In this document: piece by piece, positions 49,062 to 62,311 of the stretch
How positions within the stretch are numbered: position 1 is the stretch's first letter
How the letters are laid out: each line of letters begins with the position of its first letter
From: Orbicella franksi
Lineage: Eukaryota
DNA: 64,000 nt
Direction: 5' to 3'
Assembly (NCBI GenBank): GCA_964199315.1
Contig: OZ116700.1
Span: 33,294,001-33,358,000 of the forward strand
Program-made: the position numbers and the translations under genes
The notes under the pieces: model-generated
The model's input: only the letters and a program-made list of their open reading frames with translations
Told to the model about the DNA's origin: nothing
Database searches by the model: none

Positions 49062-52000
49062 ATGGACGAAACGAAGGTTATATACCACATAGATGACGAA
49101 GATACGCCGTACCTAGTGAAGCTTCCTAAAAGTCCTACAGATGTAACCCTCTCTGATTTCAAAAATGTGCTCAATCGGCCGAGCTACAAGTTCTTCTTCA
49201 AGAGTATGGACGATGATTTCGGGTGAGTTTGTATGTACTCAGTCAGAGCTTTTATGTAGATTCATTTCTTAGCCAGTGTTTACGTTGTTTTTCTCGCTCT
49301 ACAGTTATTTCTCAAGCGGAACACGTTTGATTCTGTAAAGGGCTTATATTTGTATAACAGATGGTGAAATACGTTTGTTTTGAAAAACACAGGGAAACCG
49401 TTCCTACGGTTCGACCTTCAAAATACACTCTCAAATATGAAGTGTCTTGTCATACTCATAGAACGACCAGGGTGCACATTGCAACACGACCGTATGATTG
49501 GAGACTCCCCGTGCCTACCAACTGTACATACCTTTTGCTTGTTTTATCAATTTTCCCTAATTTCCAGCGACCTAGGGCGAACAGTATCTGTCGCTTCTTC
49601 GTGCAGATTTCATGCATTCCAGCCAAACTTCTGATAGCGTTTTACCTGTAACTGATATCTCTGGTTGATAATTTACGATTTGTATTGCAGTGTGGTCAAA
49701 GAGGAGATAAGCGATGAGGAGATGAATCTACCTTGTTTTAATGGAAGGGTCGTTGCCTGGGTAAGCCAGTTGTCATCGAATTATAAGCTACCGTAACCCG
49801 CAAATGATTTACCGAACCAAGCCAACTAAAAGATCGGCTTTGTTGATATATTTTCGTAGCAGGGAACACAGTTTATCTAAGGTTGTAACTCAATCGCGAT
49901 CGACCATTGCAAGCGATTGCCTGTTTTAGTCCAAATCTTACATAAGAACTGATTTCTGTGGTATTCTAGTGCGATTTCCTTCCTTTGTAATTCCTATGAG
50001 GACATATATCCTTATGGCGCCCAAACGCTATGTTTACTTCTCTTAGGGATGATCTTGTTTTACGGCCATTATTTGAAACGCTGCAGTAGAAGAAAGAATT
50101 AGTATAAACACATTTTAGCTTGAATTTGTTTCGCTGTTTTAAAGTTTAGTTAAAATCACCGACACTACACGACCTAAACCTCAAATATGAGTAGTTGTGT
50201 TTTATCTCGAAAAATATATTGGCTTCTCGATTGTCCTTCATTAATCAGGTTTCCTTGAATGTACAAAACCTCATCTTTTATTTATACCACCACACCGAGT
50301 TCCTACTGAGTCAATTGTTTAGAATTAAGATTTAATCTAGATTATACGGAAAAAACCAGTAACTGTTTCGTATATGTAAACACTGTGCTCTTTTGCCGTC
50401 TCGCGAGTCGAACGATTCTTTGTTCGAAATCGCGTCACGGCCTTAGTCCCAAGCGAATAAAACAACCGGTGATTTGCATTCCCTGTTTGTCACAAGAGTA
50501 ATGTAATTTACTCAAGGTAAGTTCTAAACCAATGCCGAAAGCGCTGTCTAACATTAAAAGCACAGTGCTGTTACGAGATTTGCAATTAGAAGGCTATTGA
50601 TTAAATTGCTGTCGGTCGTACGACTGATGATTTTGAGAGGTCAGGCGAGATTTTTGATTGTCAATGAAAAGTTGGTTGTTCTCTTGAATTTTCTGTAGTT
50701 CTTTACCCTCGCGTGCTATTTGTATACTTGAGTGAAATCTGTTGAAAAAGTAACCTTCTAAAGTTCGTTTAGTCGATGTCACGTTCTCAAATTTGCTACA
50801 TTCAGGTCAGGTGAAATGAACAAGAAACCGGCATGTAAAGGGTTTTGCGCTCTTTGATGGTTTCTTTATAATAATCTAAAATTTCTTTTGTACTCGTCCG
50901 GATCTGTGCCTGACTGGCCACACACCGATTAACTGATAACTACATGAGTGATATGATGGCCAGAAAAATGCATTGAAGACAGATGTTCTGGCAAAAACAC
51001 TCATTACTCAATACTGAAATCTTTACAATTCATGCTCACATCACATGGAAGGCGAGGATTAAGAGGGGATTAGTTAATTCATACCACTGATAGGTATTTT
51101 ACACACCTATTAAATACTCAAGGTTTGGTTATTTTTGGTAGACTTTGACGACAGTGTTTTGTGTAGCATCTTGGTGAGATTTTTTCCAGCTGTTTGGTGG
51201 TGTTTTAGGGTTTGTTCTACATTGTCATTAAGGCCAGGTATTCCATTCTTGGATTCATCTGCTAATGACTCTGTTGGCATCCTTCATTAGCATCCTTTTG
51301 ATAGATTAGAACAATTAAGTTTATTCTTGGACAAATGATTGAGGGCTGCAAAAAATAAAAGGTCTTTGTCCTTCCGCTGGTGAAGTGTAGCGTGAAGATT
51401 TATAATTTTAGCAAGGCTGTGATCCTAGATTTATAATGGAAAAAGACTTTCCACTATAATTTCTTCTCTAAGTTTGTTTAAAGTTTTTGCTAAGTGAGCT
51501 CTGTGGATCTAAGGTCATCCCACTGAAAATGACAACTTTAAGATTTTTTTTTTATTTTTTACAAAAGAAAAACAAACTTTTTGAACTTCAATTTCAGGAA
51601 GCATGAAATTGTTAGTCATTGATTTAGAGGCTTTACCCTTTGTACTAAGTTAATAAATCCAATTTATCTGGTGGTTTTGAATAGGCCAAGCAAAACCACT
51701 GAATGATTAATAAAAGAACTTGCCATAAGCATAAAATATGTTGATGTCATTGTATTGTTCTCAAAGTGATTTAAGTACTTTCTTGCGATAATAAAAAAGC
51801 TCTTAAACTGACAAGACCCGCCTTTAATGGTGGTATTAATTGCAGAACTCTGTCTAAAAGGAATTGTTTGTGGTATTTAGCTTAGGTGACTTGTTGTTTG
51901 GAGAAGTTGAAATCATAACTACAGAGATAACAGATATATGGCTAATTAAGGTTTTAAAGAAAACAACTAGTACTTTTAGGAATTTAGACCTGGTTTGCAT

Positions 52001-55000
52001 GATGTAGGTCCATCTTGCTTCAATTGTCATGCATCTGAAGTGTAAAATTACCGTAGAATGTATTTTATACCTACATGTGCACCATGTCTTGAGTTTCAGT
52101 TTTTCCTAACTTTGGCAATAATCATTCATTCTTGTTACTTGGTTGCTTTACGTTTTCCTAAAGTACTGTTGGTAAATAAATTTGTAGAAACCAAAATTGA
52201 TCACTGCTGGAATTAAACAGTTAATTACAAATAGTTATGAAGACTCAAATATTTAAATCAGTCAGCAAATTACAGTTCTATCAAATGGTTCGTGTTTTTT
52301 ACACTCTTTACCCAAATCATGAAATAGAGTAACTAAAATTGGTAATCTTCAAGATAAATTGAAGATTATAATTTGTTGATGTAGTAGGGATGACCAGATA
52401 CATTTTCTACTTTTTTCTATATTTAGATAAGTATTTAAGTCTTTCTTCCCCAGCAACAGCCCTTTGGAATATTCACTTGAATAACAAAGCATGATTTGGT
52501 TGAGAGATTGATTGTGTCTGGGATGTTTAGCGAAGCCAAATTCAATAGATATTCACCACATGTACATCAGTACACAAGTGTTCATGTCAGACAGAAAACA
52601 CAGAGGGACTATTCTTTTATCTTTGCAACAATATTTTAACCAAGAAGTTAATATCATATTACTGCTTTTGCATATTCTTGTACATTAATTACCACATACG
52701 TTGTAGCAATTCACCCAATCAAGGTGTTAAGTTTTTTTAAGTCAATATCATTTTAATGCTTATAGCTTGTTTTCTTGTTACAGCTTGTCACCTCAGACAC
52801 AAGTAGTGTTTCAGACACTGGCAGAGATGATCAACAATCTGTTATATCTGCTGCGTCTGACCTGCATCCTCCCATGCCAAGAACAGTTGGTATTGGGGAT
52901 TCAAGGCCACCTTCCTTCCAGTGAGTACAATGGACCAAATTCTACATCTTTCAGCCTTGTCTGCATATTGCTACGATCCCTGGGATTGCTAGTCCATTGC
53001 CGGTTAACCCTCAGTATTTTGTTAGATTGTCCCTGCTACTTGCCAGCTTCTGGTGAATCTCTGGCCTTGCAGGTGTTGGAATATAGTGTTTATTGAAGTG
53101 GAGATCAATATTGCTTCAAAATAAAATCTAGATTGAAGGTGTAAAAAGTTTGGATAAAGTTGTACATGTATGTACATTGGAGCTCTGTTAATCCAGTCTC
53201 CAACGGGCTACGAAAATTTGGCTGTATTAACTGGGTGGCTGTCTTAAAGGGGTTCCTTAAATAAGAAAATGACTGAGCTTTTGTCTTGGCCAGTATAAAG
53301 TGGTTGTAATAATGAGGTGGCCGTATTAACAGGGTAGTTGTAAGTCACGATTGTACTGTATATCAGTTATTTATTTCCCAGTATGACAAAAACAAATTAT
53401 TTGTAAACACATGGATATTACAGGACATCATCAGTTTAGGAAGCAGGGATAAATGAGCTCAATAATAAGAATTATTACCATCTGATGTTTCAAAAACAGT
53501 AAAACCTACTGATATGTGTTGGACAACTACCTTTCCTTGTTACAAACAGCAATTGACTACTGCTATTAGGAACATGTAGAATTAATAAGACGATATTTCT
53601 ATGTTTATGTTTAGCCCCCATGGAGGACACTCGACAGCTGGCGATTTTGACTCTGAAGTGGATTCCACAGTTAGTTCTAGAAGAGGGTCAAGACGTAGAG
53701 AAAAACACATAAACAGAAATGAAGGTATTTCAACATTCTAAATAAAATATAGTTAGCTGTTTCCTTTTTACAACTTTATCAGCATTCTTTTTTTATGCGC
53801 ATTATAACTTTTATTTTTAGTAATTCTTTTGAAAGACGTAAGCATGCAAAAACTAATAATATAATGTCCAAACATTTTGGTGACCTCATGACACCATTAT
53901 CAAGGAATGAATAGATGAGAGTGAGTTAAAAAGAGGTAAGACCTGGAGATTTACATAAATGAAGTTAAGTTAGACAAAGACTTTAGACTTCACTTAATAT
54001 GTAAATCTTCAGGTCTTACCTCTTTTGAACTCACTCTCATCTATTCATTCCTTGATAATGGTGTCTCAAGGTTGCTGAAACGTTATGTAATAACATTTGT
54101 ATATATTTATTTGTAAAGTTGTTACGCAATTGTGTTATAGTGATCCATGGACGGCATCGTCAAGGAGGAAGACATGAAGGTGACAGATATGAGAGTGCAT
54201 CCATGATGAGTAGCGATATTGAAACAACAAGCTATCAGGACTCTTCGGATGATCAAAGCAGGTAAAATCTTATCAACATTGCTACTTAGGTTAGAAATAA
54301 CTCTTACTAGTAAGGTTTGGTTAGGTGATCAACAGCAGTGGCAGGGATAAAATTTGTGTACTTGTGTCGCAGTGTTTCAAGATTTTCCAGCACAACAGAA
54401 GGATCTCAGCTTCTTAGAGGAAGACATAGGAGAAGGAGAAGGCGGCCTAGGATGCCTAGAGTTCAACGAGTAAGAATAGTTACCTCTCTTGTCTTTGTAA
54501 TTTCAATGTACATGCATTATCTAGAAGATGATAACTGTGAGGAAAGAAAACATGCCTAGGGGATATGACTGTGATGTGCGGGATGCAAGAACTCAGAACA
54601 ATTAGTAGAAAATTTGTGTAATTGTATTTGAGCCTGGTGCAGACAGGAACTACCAAAGTGTAGTAATTGTTTTGTTGGATACCTAGGATGTCTGATGTTA
54701 AGCTCTCTATCAAGTTACATAGGAGTTAACCAAGACTTGATATCCACTCTGGATGGATTTCCTGTTTGGCTTACATGTGAAACTAGTTTTGGAATGCTTA
54801 TACTGTAGTCAATTTGTTTACCATTGCTGTTTTGTTCAATAGCAGATTTTATAAAGTTTGCACCAACTAAGCTACACAATTGGCTTAAAAAACTTCTGCT
54901 ACTTTTTTTTATCCAATCAGAGGTAAAACCAAAACCAATTCACTCGCACTTTATTTCCCACCCTTCGCACCAGCTACATGTACTTACTTCGAGTTTTCAT

Positions 55001-58000
55001 TGGTTCATTTTACTGGCTGTGGCCTTTACGATTGGCTAAGACAATAAGTTTGGGTTTGGTTTTATGACACTCAATTCATTTAAAAACCGCTCTATCATTG
55101 AAATACCAATTGAAAGTAGAAAGGTCTAAGAGAGATAAGGACTTATTATAAGCTCCTTGTTAGTTAATGTGGTTATAACTTTAAGCCCATACTCTGTGAG
55201 CATTGAAATGATAGCCACCATGCAGCACTCATGTTTTAATATTTTGCAAATTAAAATGGTAGCAATTTTATTAAAACAAAAGCCTTTTTCAACATGCTGC
55301 TCTTGCTCTTGCTTGCACACTTAAACTTTTAATGTGTTTTAATTTTCCAATAATTATAATGTCTGATGGAATTAATTTCCTTTACAGTGTTCATCGTTCA
55401 GTACAATTACAGAATCAACTATGTCGCTCAACATCATAACAGTCACGCTAAATATGGGTAAGACTTAAAACCAAAAATATGTTCACTTTTTGTTACCATT
55501 GGTATCATTCTCTTGGGCATGCTTTTAATGGTTTATTTCCTTTTGTTTCCAGAAAAAGTTAATTTTCTAGGAATAAGTATTGTTGGGCAAAGCAACAAGA
55601 GAGGAGATGGTGGAATTTACGTTGGTTCCATCATGAAGGGGTGAGTTTAAAAATTGTTGCTTTTTGGTTATATGCAATGCAGAAAGAGAATTGAGTCATT
55701 TGTGATAGTTTGAAAGTTTGTCTTGTTAATGAACTCTTTTGTGCTTTTGCCAAACTGAATTCTACTTAAGGAATAGAAAACATGTACTGTGTTTCTATCA
55801 AGATATAAAAACACGAGTGGCAGTGTGAGAGAATGAGAAATGCTGTGGGAACACTAGCCAAAAGGTGAGTGGTTCCACAGCTTTTTTTGAGTTCTCCCAA
55901 ACTTCCACAACTGTTTCTGTAACTCAATAGAAATACTGAGAACATGTTTTCTAGTTCTCTTAGAAAATTCTGTGTCAAGAAAAAGAAAACAACTTGTTCA
56001 CTTTGATCATCAAAATGTAAATTCTCTTTTTCATTATGCCAACGGCTTGTGCTATTTCTGTGTTTCTATTAAGTTATAGACACACAATTTTTAAGCAGTT
56101 AGTGTGTGTATTTTCTTTGGGCTATTTCCTAAATGTATATAACTCAGTGTTATAGCATGTTCTGTAAGAGCATGATGCATAGTTCTGTACCTTCTTTTCA
56201 TGTGTTTCTCTGTCTACTCAGGGGTGCAGTGGATTTGGATGGTAGAATAGAACCTGGAGATATGCTTCTACAGGTATGTGAACCATTTCCACCACTTTTG
56301 ATTTAAATGGAGATCATTCCTTCTAGAACACTTCTGAGGCATGGCATGGCATGTTGAATGTTATGAGGCATGTACTCTTCTGATCTCTTGTCTTCCTCCT
56401 TCACAGGTCAATGATGTAAATTTTGAGAATATGAGTAATGATGATGCTGTACGAGTGTTGAGAGAAATGGTTCATAAGCCAGGGTAAGGAATAAGATTTT
56501 AATTTACTTCTCTGTAACAGCTGAAAGCCTTTTCCTAATGGTTATGTTTATAATTAATTTACTACTTGGAGTACCTTCCAATTTAATTTTGTCACATGGT
56601 TGTGTCAGATGGAATTAATGTCAAGTTCAAATTTTGTGATGATTATACATCTGTTCCATATGCCCTTACCTGTACTCAATGGAACCTGTTTTTATTGACA
56701 AAGAAATTGTGGGGGTTATTCTGTTTAGAATTGCCCTTTTCCTTAAATACTCAATGCACTAAGTGAATGACATTTAATTTAGTACAATTTAGTAACAGTA
56801 CATAGCTGTTATGTAGTCAGATACATGTAGAGATCACCTGGAACACAAATGTTTACTACACAATGCTGCATTTAAAATGTTGATTACAGGTCTTCCAGTG
56901 AGGGATGTTTCCAATTTATTGCATAATTATTGTTTTCAGACCTATAACACTGACAGTGGCCAAGTGCTGGGATCCAACACCAAAAGGATATTTCACATTA
57001 CCACCTAGTAAGTTAAAACCTTTGTTTAATAATACAATTATCTTCAGTCCTTTGATTTTGTTAAAGGTATGATTGAAGACTCTGTAATGCTTTATGTGTG
57101 TCCACACCTTTGGTTATAATGAAGAAATACCAGTGTTTCCTGTCTTTTGCTGGTTTACAACACATGTAACTTCATCCATGATCCTGTGTCTCCCATTTAA
57201 CTATTCATCTCCATATGAAAGAAGAGTAGTGCGCCATGACCAATTCATTTACCCAATAAACCCAAAACGCAAGGGAAATCTTTCCAGCCTCCATAAACTT
57301 TGTTTATTGATGTTTGAGAGATTTTATATCATCGTTTCTTCTTGAAGTCCACAAGATTGTCCTTGTATTTGTAGTTGTGGTCTACAGTGTATAAAGGCTA
57401 AATATTATTATTTTGGGGTTGAGAGGATTGTGTTCAGTGAGTGACAAGGCACGTCTTTTTTATGAAGTAAGAGAGTAAACATTGTTTCCTTGGTGGTGAT
57501 ATAAATTAAAATGTTTCCCTTTAGGTGAACCAGTTCGTCCAATTGATACCTCAGCATGGGTTCAACATACCACACAAATGACTCGTAAGTACGAATTCAG
57601 TGGCTTTTTGCTGCTGTACAAGATTAGTCTGCATTTCATATTATTAATCTGTTCATGACATTGGTTTTAACTGAAGAATCTCTTTAATAACTAATCCTAG
57701 AGTTTGGACCAACAGCTCAATATGGAAAACAGCCAAACAGCCAGTCACTTAGCACAGTGACATCTACAAGTTCATCAATGACGAGTTCTTTACCAGAATC
57801 AGACAGTGAGTTGCTATGTGGTTCTTTATTGTGTTTTTATGGTGACTGGTTTTTTTGTGTGTGAATCAACAGGCAGACCTGCCAACTCTCCTGGTTTTCC
57901 CGGGAGTCTCCAAGTTTTTCATCAAACCTCCCGGTCTCCCGGTTAGAGTACCAAATCTCCCGGGAACTACCTACTGTGGCTCTTTTTAATTTTTTTTCAT

Positions 58001-60175
58001 TAATTTCATTATTTTTGAGATGTCGGGAATGTTCGGAAGGCCTTCGGGTGATTTTTGTAGAGTATTCAGACATTGTTGAAAATTATATTTTTACAATGCA
58101 AAGATTTCAAGCCGTCTCCAGGTTTTTGTACTCTGGGGTTTGGCAGGTATGAACAGGGTTGCAAGTTTCGAAGACTAGCAAAGCCCATAATACACTCACT
58201 CCATTCTCTAACAAAATTTCCATTTTACTGGCTGGTGTGACTTGAATTTAGACAAGTCTACGATAGTATTGTACATCGTCAGCTGTAGATCTGTTCATTA
58301 AAACCTATAAAGTATACTGGTAGTCACATCTACCAACATTACTTCAAACATAGCAGGTCCCATTTTTGTTATTGTTCACTTCAGAAATACTTTCTTTTCA
58401 TAATTCAAAATTTTTGATAGCATATGATTCCATTCCAGTTGGCTTTATTTAGTTGTGTTTTCTACCTTCTGTTATAGGATATACGGAACTTCATGAAGGC
58501 GAAGGACTCTCAGTAACCACAGACATGAGCACAATAGTTAAAACAATGGCTGCACCAGACTCCGGGCTTGACATTAGAGACAGGATGTGGCTTAAAATCA
58601 CAATTCCTAATGCATTTATAGGTAAGGTAACAACTGCTCCTAACAACTGTTCCAGTAGTTTCACTTGTGTATTTTGAAATGCACTTTGTAGTTTTATAGG
58701 CATGGGCTTTAGTCTCACTCTGTTGTCTCACACAACTTTGCTGATTGCTATGCTTTGTCTTTTTCAGGATCTGATGTAGTAGACTGGCTTTATTCACATG
58801 TAGAAGGTTTTCAAGACAGACGAGAAGCAAGAAAATATGCCTGCAATCTTTTAAAGGTAATGTTAAATCTCTGTTATAACACAGTTCTTTCGTCACAGAA
58901 TTTCAAGACATGTTTCTTTAAATTCAAGGAAAATCATGAGTTGTGGAATATCTGCACATTTAGACCTGCCCTAGAGAGTGCAGATGTCATCTATTTTCTT
59001 TAACATGGCGATATAAGAAATTAAATTAAATAACACTGAGGATGTATAAAAGCTCGGCGTTCAGTAGTTGTTTGTTATTGCTGTAATAATTGTCGTTTGC
59101 TTTGTTCTTCTTCAGGCTGGCTTCATTCGTCACACAGTGAACAAGATTACATTCTCAGAACAGTGCTATTATGTATTTGGAGATCTTTGTGGAAGTAAGT
59201 CTGTAGTTGTATCGTAGTTAGCCAACAGGACTGATAGGGGTTCAACCCACCCACAACATTTTTACAATGTAAACATGTGAAGGAGGGATGGAAATTCTGA
59301 GGTGTAGGGCCTGTCAGGGTGTGAACTGTTATTGAGTTTGGAGGTGGGGCTGCCACACGTTCTTCAGAAACAAAGATAAGCTTTGCTACGAAATTTTGTA
59401 AGATCGAAAGAACAAAGTAATCCTCTCAGAGGGAAGAGAGCACCTGGTGCCCCTTTTTGAATCGTATTGCTTAATTTTCCTTCAAATGTTTAATGAGAGA
59501 GCAAATGTCTTGCATGGTTCCAATGCTCTTGCGGTATATCTTCTTTAATATATCCTCTATGTTTGTGTTGTAGATATGGCTGCCCTTTCAATTAACGAAC
59601 ATGAAGGTGATGGTGACCAAGATACTCTGGGACCCCTCCCTACTCATCAACAGGGTATCTCATGGATGTCAGGACCACCAAGTTACGGATATCATCAAAT
59701 GCCGTCGTACCCACCTCCTCAACCCATTGTTGACGCACAAACACCAGGATACGCCCAGTCATTTTACAGTGCACACAGTGGCAGTCAAAGCCCTCACAGT
59801 GCCAGTGGCAGTTCTAAAAGGAGCGGTGGAGGAGGCGGTGACCGCGGAGACGGTGATCACAGAAGCAGTGGTGGAAGCAGTAGTGAGAAGAGTGGTAGTA
59901 GTAAAGGCAAAAGCAAAAACAAAGAACGCGAGGCTCGCAGCGTAGAAGGATCAGTTCAACTACCGCCCATGCCAGGAGCTCCCCCTATAGGAGTTCCCAT
60001 AGGAGTTCCCATAGGAGTTCCTATAGGAGCTCCGATGCCTGGCGGTCCCCCTATGCCGGGAATTGCTATGATGCCAAGGCCTCTTGATCAAGTACCTGAG
60101 AACGTCTCGGCTAGTAGGAACAGTTTTAGAATGGCTATGGGCAATCCTTGTGAGTTCTTTGTAGACGTCATGTAA
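49062..60175 (+). CDS. DVL: Dishevelled (DIX, PDZ, DEP domains), ~706-709 aa
   Basis: Exons 49062-49222, 49691-49760, 52784-52920, 53615-53724, 54141-54261, 54382 (or 54373)-54469, 55388-55457, 55553-55640, 56222-56273, 56407-56483, 56940-57007, 57525-57584, 57701-57805, 58478-58621, 58768-58856, 59116-59194, 59574-60175. DIX: [27 protein letters not shown]; PDZ: [23 protein letters not shown]; DEP: [24 protein letters not shown]; C-terminus [16 protein letters not shown]. Confidence 0.98.
53861..54090. repeat. Foldback element in Dvl intron 4 (Penelope-like terminal-repeat inversion suspected)
   Basis: 68-bp arms 53890-53957 / 53998-54065 with 2 mismatches; degenerate pairing continues outward. 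Confidence 0.75.
57874..58151. mobile_element. hAT-like MITE in a Dvl intron
   Basis: CAGACCTGCCAAC...GTTTGGCAGGTATG ends, repeated CTCCCGG motifs, AACAGG on both flanks. Confidence 0.6.
59984..60031 (+). repeat. Coding 12-bp tandem repeat (PIGV x3 + PIGA) in Dvl
   Basis: CCTATAGGAGTT CCCATAGGAGTT CCCATAGGAGTT CCTATAGGAGCT. Confidence 0.9.
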
Positions 60176-61705
60176 TGAGGCAAAAGATGTCCCACTACCA
60201 GCTACCAGACCGGCTAGTGAGCTTCACGAATGACAGGCCAACGGAGGACCCACCCCATCCGTAGGACGGTACTGCCTGAGATGTGGCAGACTCTACACTC
60301 TACACACTTGCTTAGTTGTAACACCCACACCGCAAGTTGTATCAACCTTCAATTTTTCTTTCTCGTGTGTCGGTTGAACACAGTATTATAGGTTATCAAA
60401 ATTTACGCGTGGCGCCAATTTCGGACAAATTCTCGGAGCCAAGACGTTAATTCTCATTGTTAGTTATTATTTCTATTTGTATATAGTGTGGCAATTGGTG
60501 CTTTCGAGAGGTTAGGTTTGTACAGAAATACAGCTTGAGTTATTTTAATGGCAAAGAGAACTTCGTTTTTATGTAGTCTTTACAAAGAAATTTTGACTTG
60601 CGAAACTATTTTGGGACCTAGAGAGGTAATAGAAATTCTCAGTCTTCAACACCCCCGAGTAATCGTGGGTCAGTTTTATCTCTCCTGGCATAGCTCACTA
60701 GATTTTACTCAAGGCTGTATTAATTGAATTGTCAATATAGTACGGTACATGCATAGCTATATATACAAGGTTTCTCATATTTCTTGCCAAGCGTTAGCGA
60801 ATTCAAGTCAGAACACTTTCTTGAGGGGTGTCATAACACAAGTTTTTATTTTAGCCAAACCCGTCAACAGAGTGTTCAACAAGTTTCTTGAATGGCCTGT
60901 GCGAGACAAATTACTAATGATAGGCAATGTATGGATCAATTACTCTGGAATGAAGCAATTTTAATGAGCGCAGTTTTGCAGTGTAAAGAAAACAGATGGG
61001 TGTTAGCCCGTTATTCTCTGGAGGTAAATTTCTTTTGCCACTAAGCAAATAAAATGATACAAACAAAAAGGTTTCTTGGTAGTGGGCATGTGATCAGATG
61101 GTGTCTGGTTTTCGCAGTCACTCTTTGGGCTGTTACACAACACTTGACAAAGGAGGAAGCGTGTCGTGACAAGCCAATTGATGGTTGTTAACGTGTACGT
61201 TTCTCTCGTTTCTCTCCGTTTTTACCTGCACAGGACCACATTCAGGGCCTCTTTAAAAGCCTCCCCCGTGAAAGAAGCCCCCCCCCCGCCCCCGACCTTT
61301 GAAGTTTGAATTAGGGTTGCACGCATGTACCAGCAGTTGGAAAATTGTCGGTAATTAGAGTTAAATTTCTGCAAATCTTACGTCTATTGTGAGCTGCACC
61401 CGTCTTCCACTGTTTCTATTCGTAAGTGCGCTTTATTCGTCCAAGTTATGTGTTCCCTAAGCTTTACCATTAATACTTTGTTTCGAAGCTTCGTGCAATT
61501 AACAAATGTATTGTGGCTTTGTATTGGCAAGCAGTGTAAACTTTTTAAGGACATGTTCTTGTTTATGAAGCCAGAAGGTATCGATCGGATATGAATGAAG
61601 TTGAAAACTGCAGATTTGATGAGAAATTTCAAGGAAGTATTAGTCTGTCAAGGAGCATCAAAATGGACCAGAGTTTAGGCAGGCAATGTTCGTATATTAT
61701 ACCTC

Positions 61706-61778
61706 AATCTGCGATCAGGCATTCTTTTTTAATGGATTATTTTTTTTGCTGTTGAAAAAGAACGCCAGATCGCAGGTT
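61706..61778. mobile_element. Very short hairpin MITE
   Basis: AATCTGCGATCAGGCATTCTTTTT...AAAAAGAACGCCAGATCGCAGGTT. Confidence 0.5.
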
Positions 61779-61837
61779 AATTATACCCGAGTCGTTAATA
61801 AATTTGGAGTTAAATTAATTTCTCCCTGATTCCAAAG

Positions 61838-61947
61838 GCTGGAATTAAAATTTTTATAATTTATAGGTTTCACACAGTCACGGAAAGATGTAGCTGGAAT
61901 TAAAATTTTTATAATTTATAGGTTTCACGCAGTCACGGAAAGATGTA
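61838..61947 (+). repeat. 55-bp tandem duplication (2 copies, 1 mismatch)
   Basis: 61838-61892 and 61893-61947 differ only at CACAC/CACGC. Confidence 0.9.
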
Positions 61948-62159
61948 GCCCCTCTAAACTTAACGTATTCTGCGCGATGTCCGTTCGCCGACTTGGAGAG
62001 GTTATAGAAAGGCAAGAAATTTGAGTTAAGCACTCCAGCAGGCCTACAAATGAAAAGTTGAGAATTGACGAAACTTTGTTCAGGTCATGAAAATTTGCTC
62101 AAACAAGAAGGGATGATCGACATTATCCTCTGTTGGCGCCAAAAGGCCTCGTTCAATAT

Positions 62160-62311
62160 CTCAATATTCTCACATGGCTCCGAGGCTTTCAGAACAAACT
62201 TCTATATTTGGTGTTTTGTGTCCAAGTCTCCTTGGGAGTTGAGAGACAAAAGAAACTTAACAAATTTGTAATTTTGTCCTGAAAGCTTCGGAGCCATGTG
62301 AGAATTTTGAT
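62160..62311. mobile_element. MITE
   Basis: Inverted ends TTCTCACATGGCTCCGAGGCTTTCAG / CTGAAAGCTTCGGAGCCATGTGAGAA. Confidence 0.65.

Noticed and set aside
60173-60178. Stop-codon readthrough or selenocysteine at the Dvl end
   Set aside because: TAA is followed immediately by TGA, and the protein ends at the conserved FFVDVM motif.
59984-61947. CRISPR-like arrays (12-bp and 55-bp repeats)
   Set aside because: No unique spacers, no cas genes, and a eukaryotic intron-exon context.
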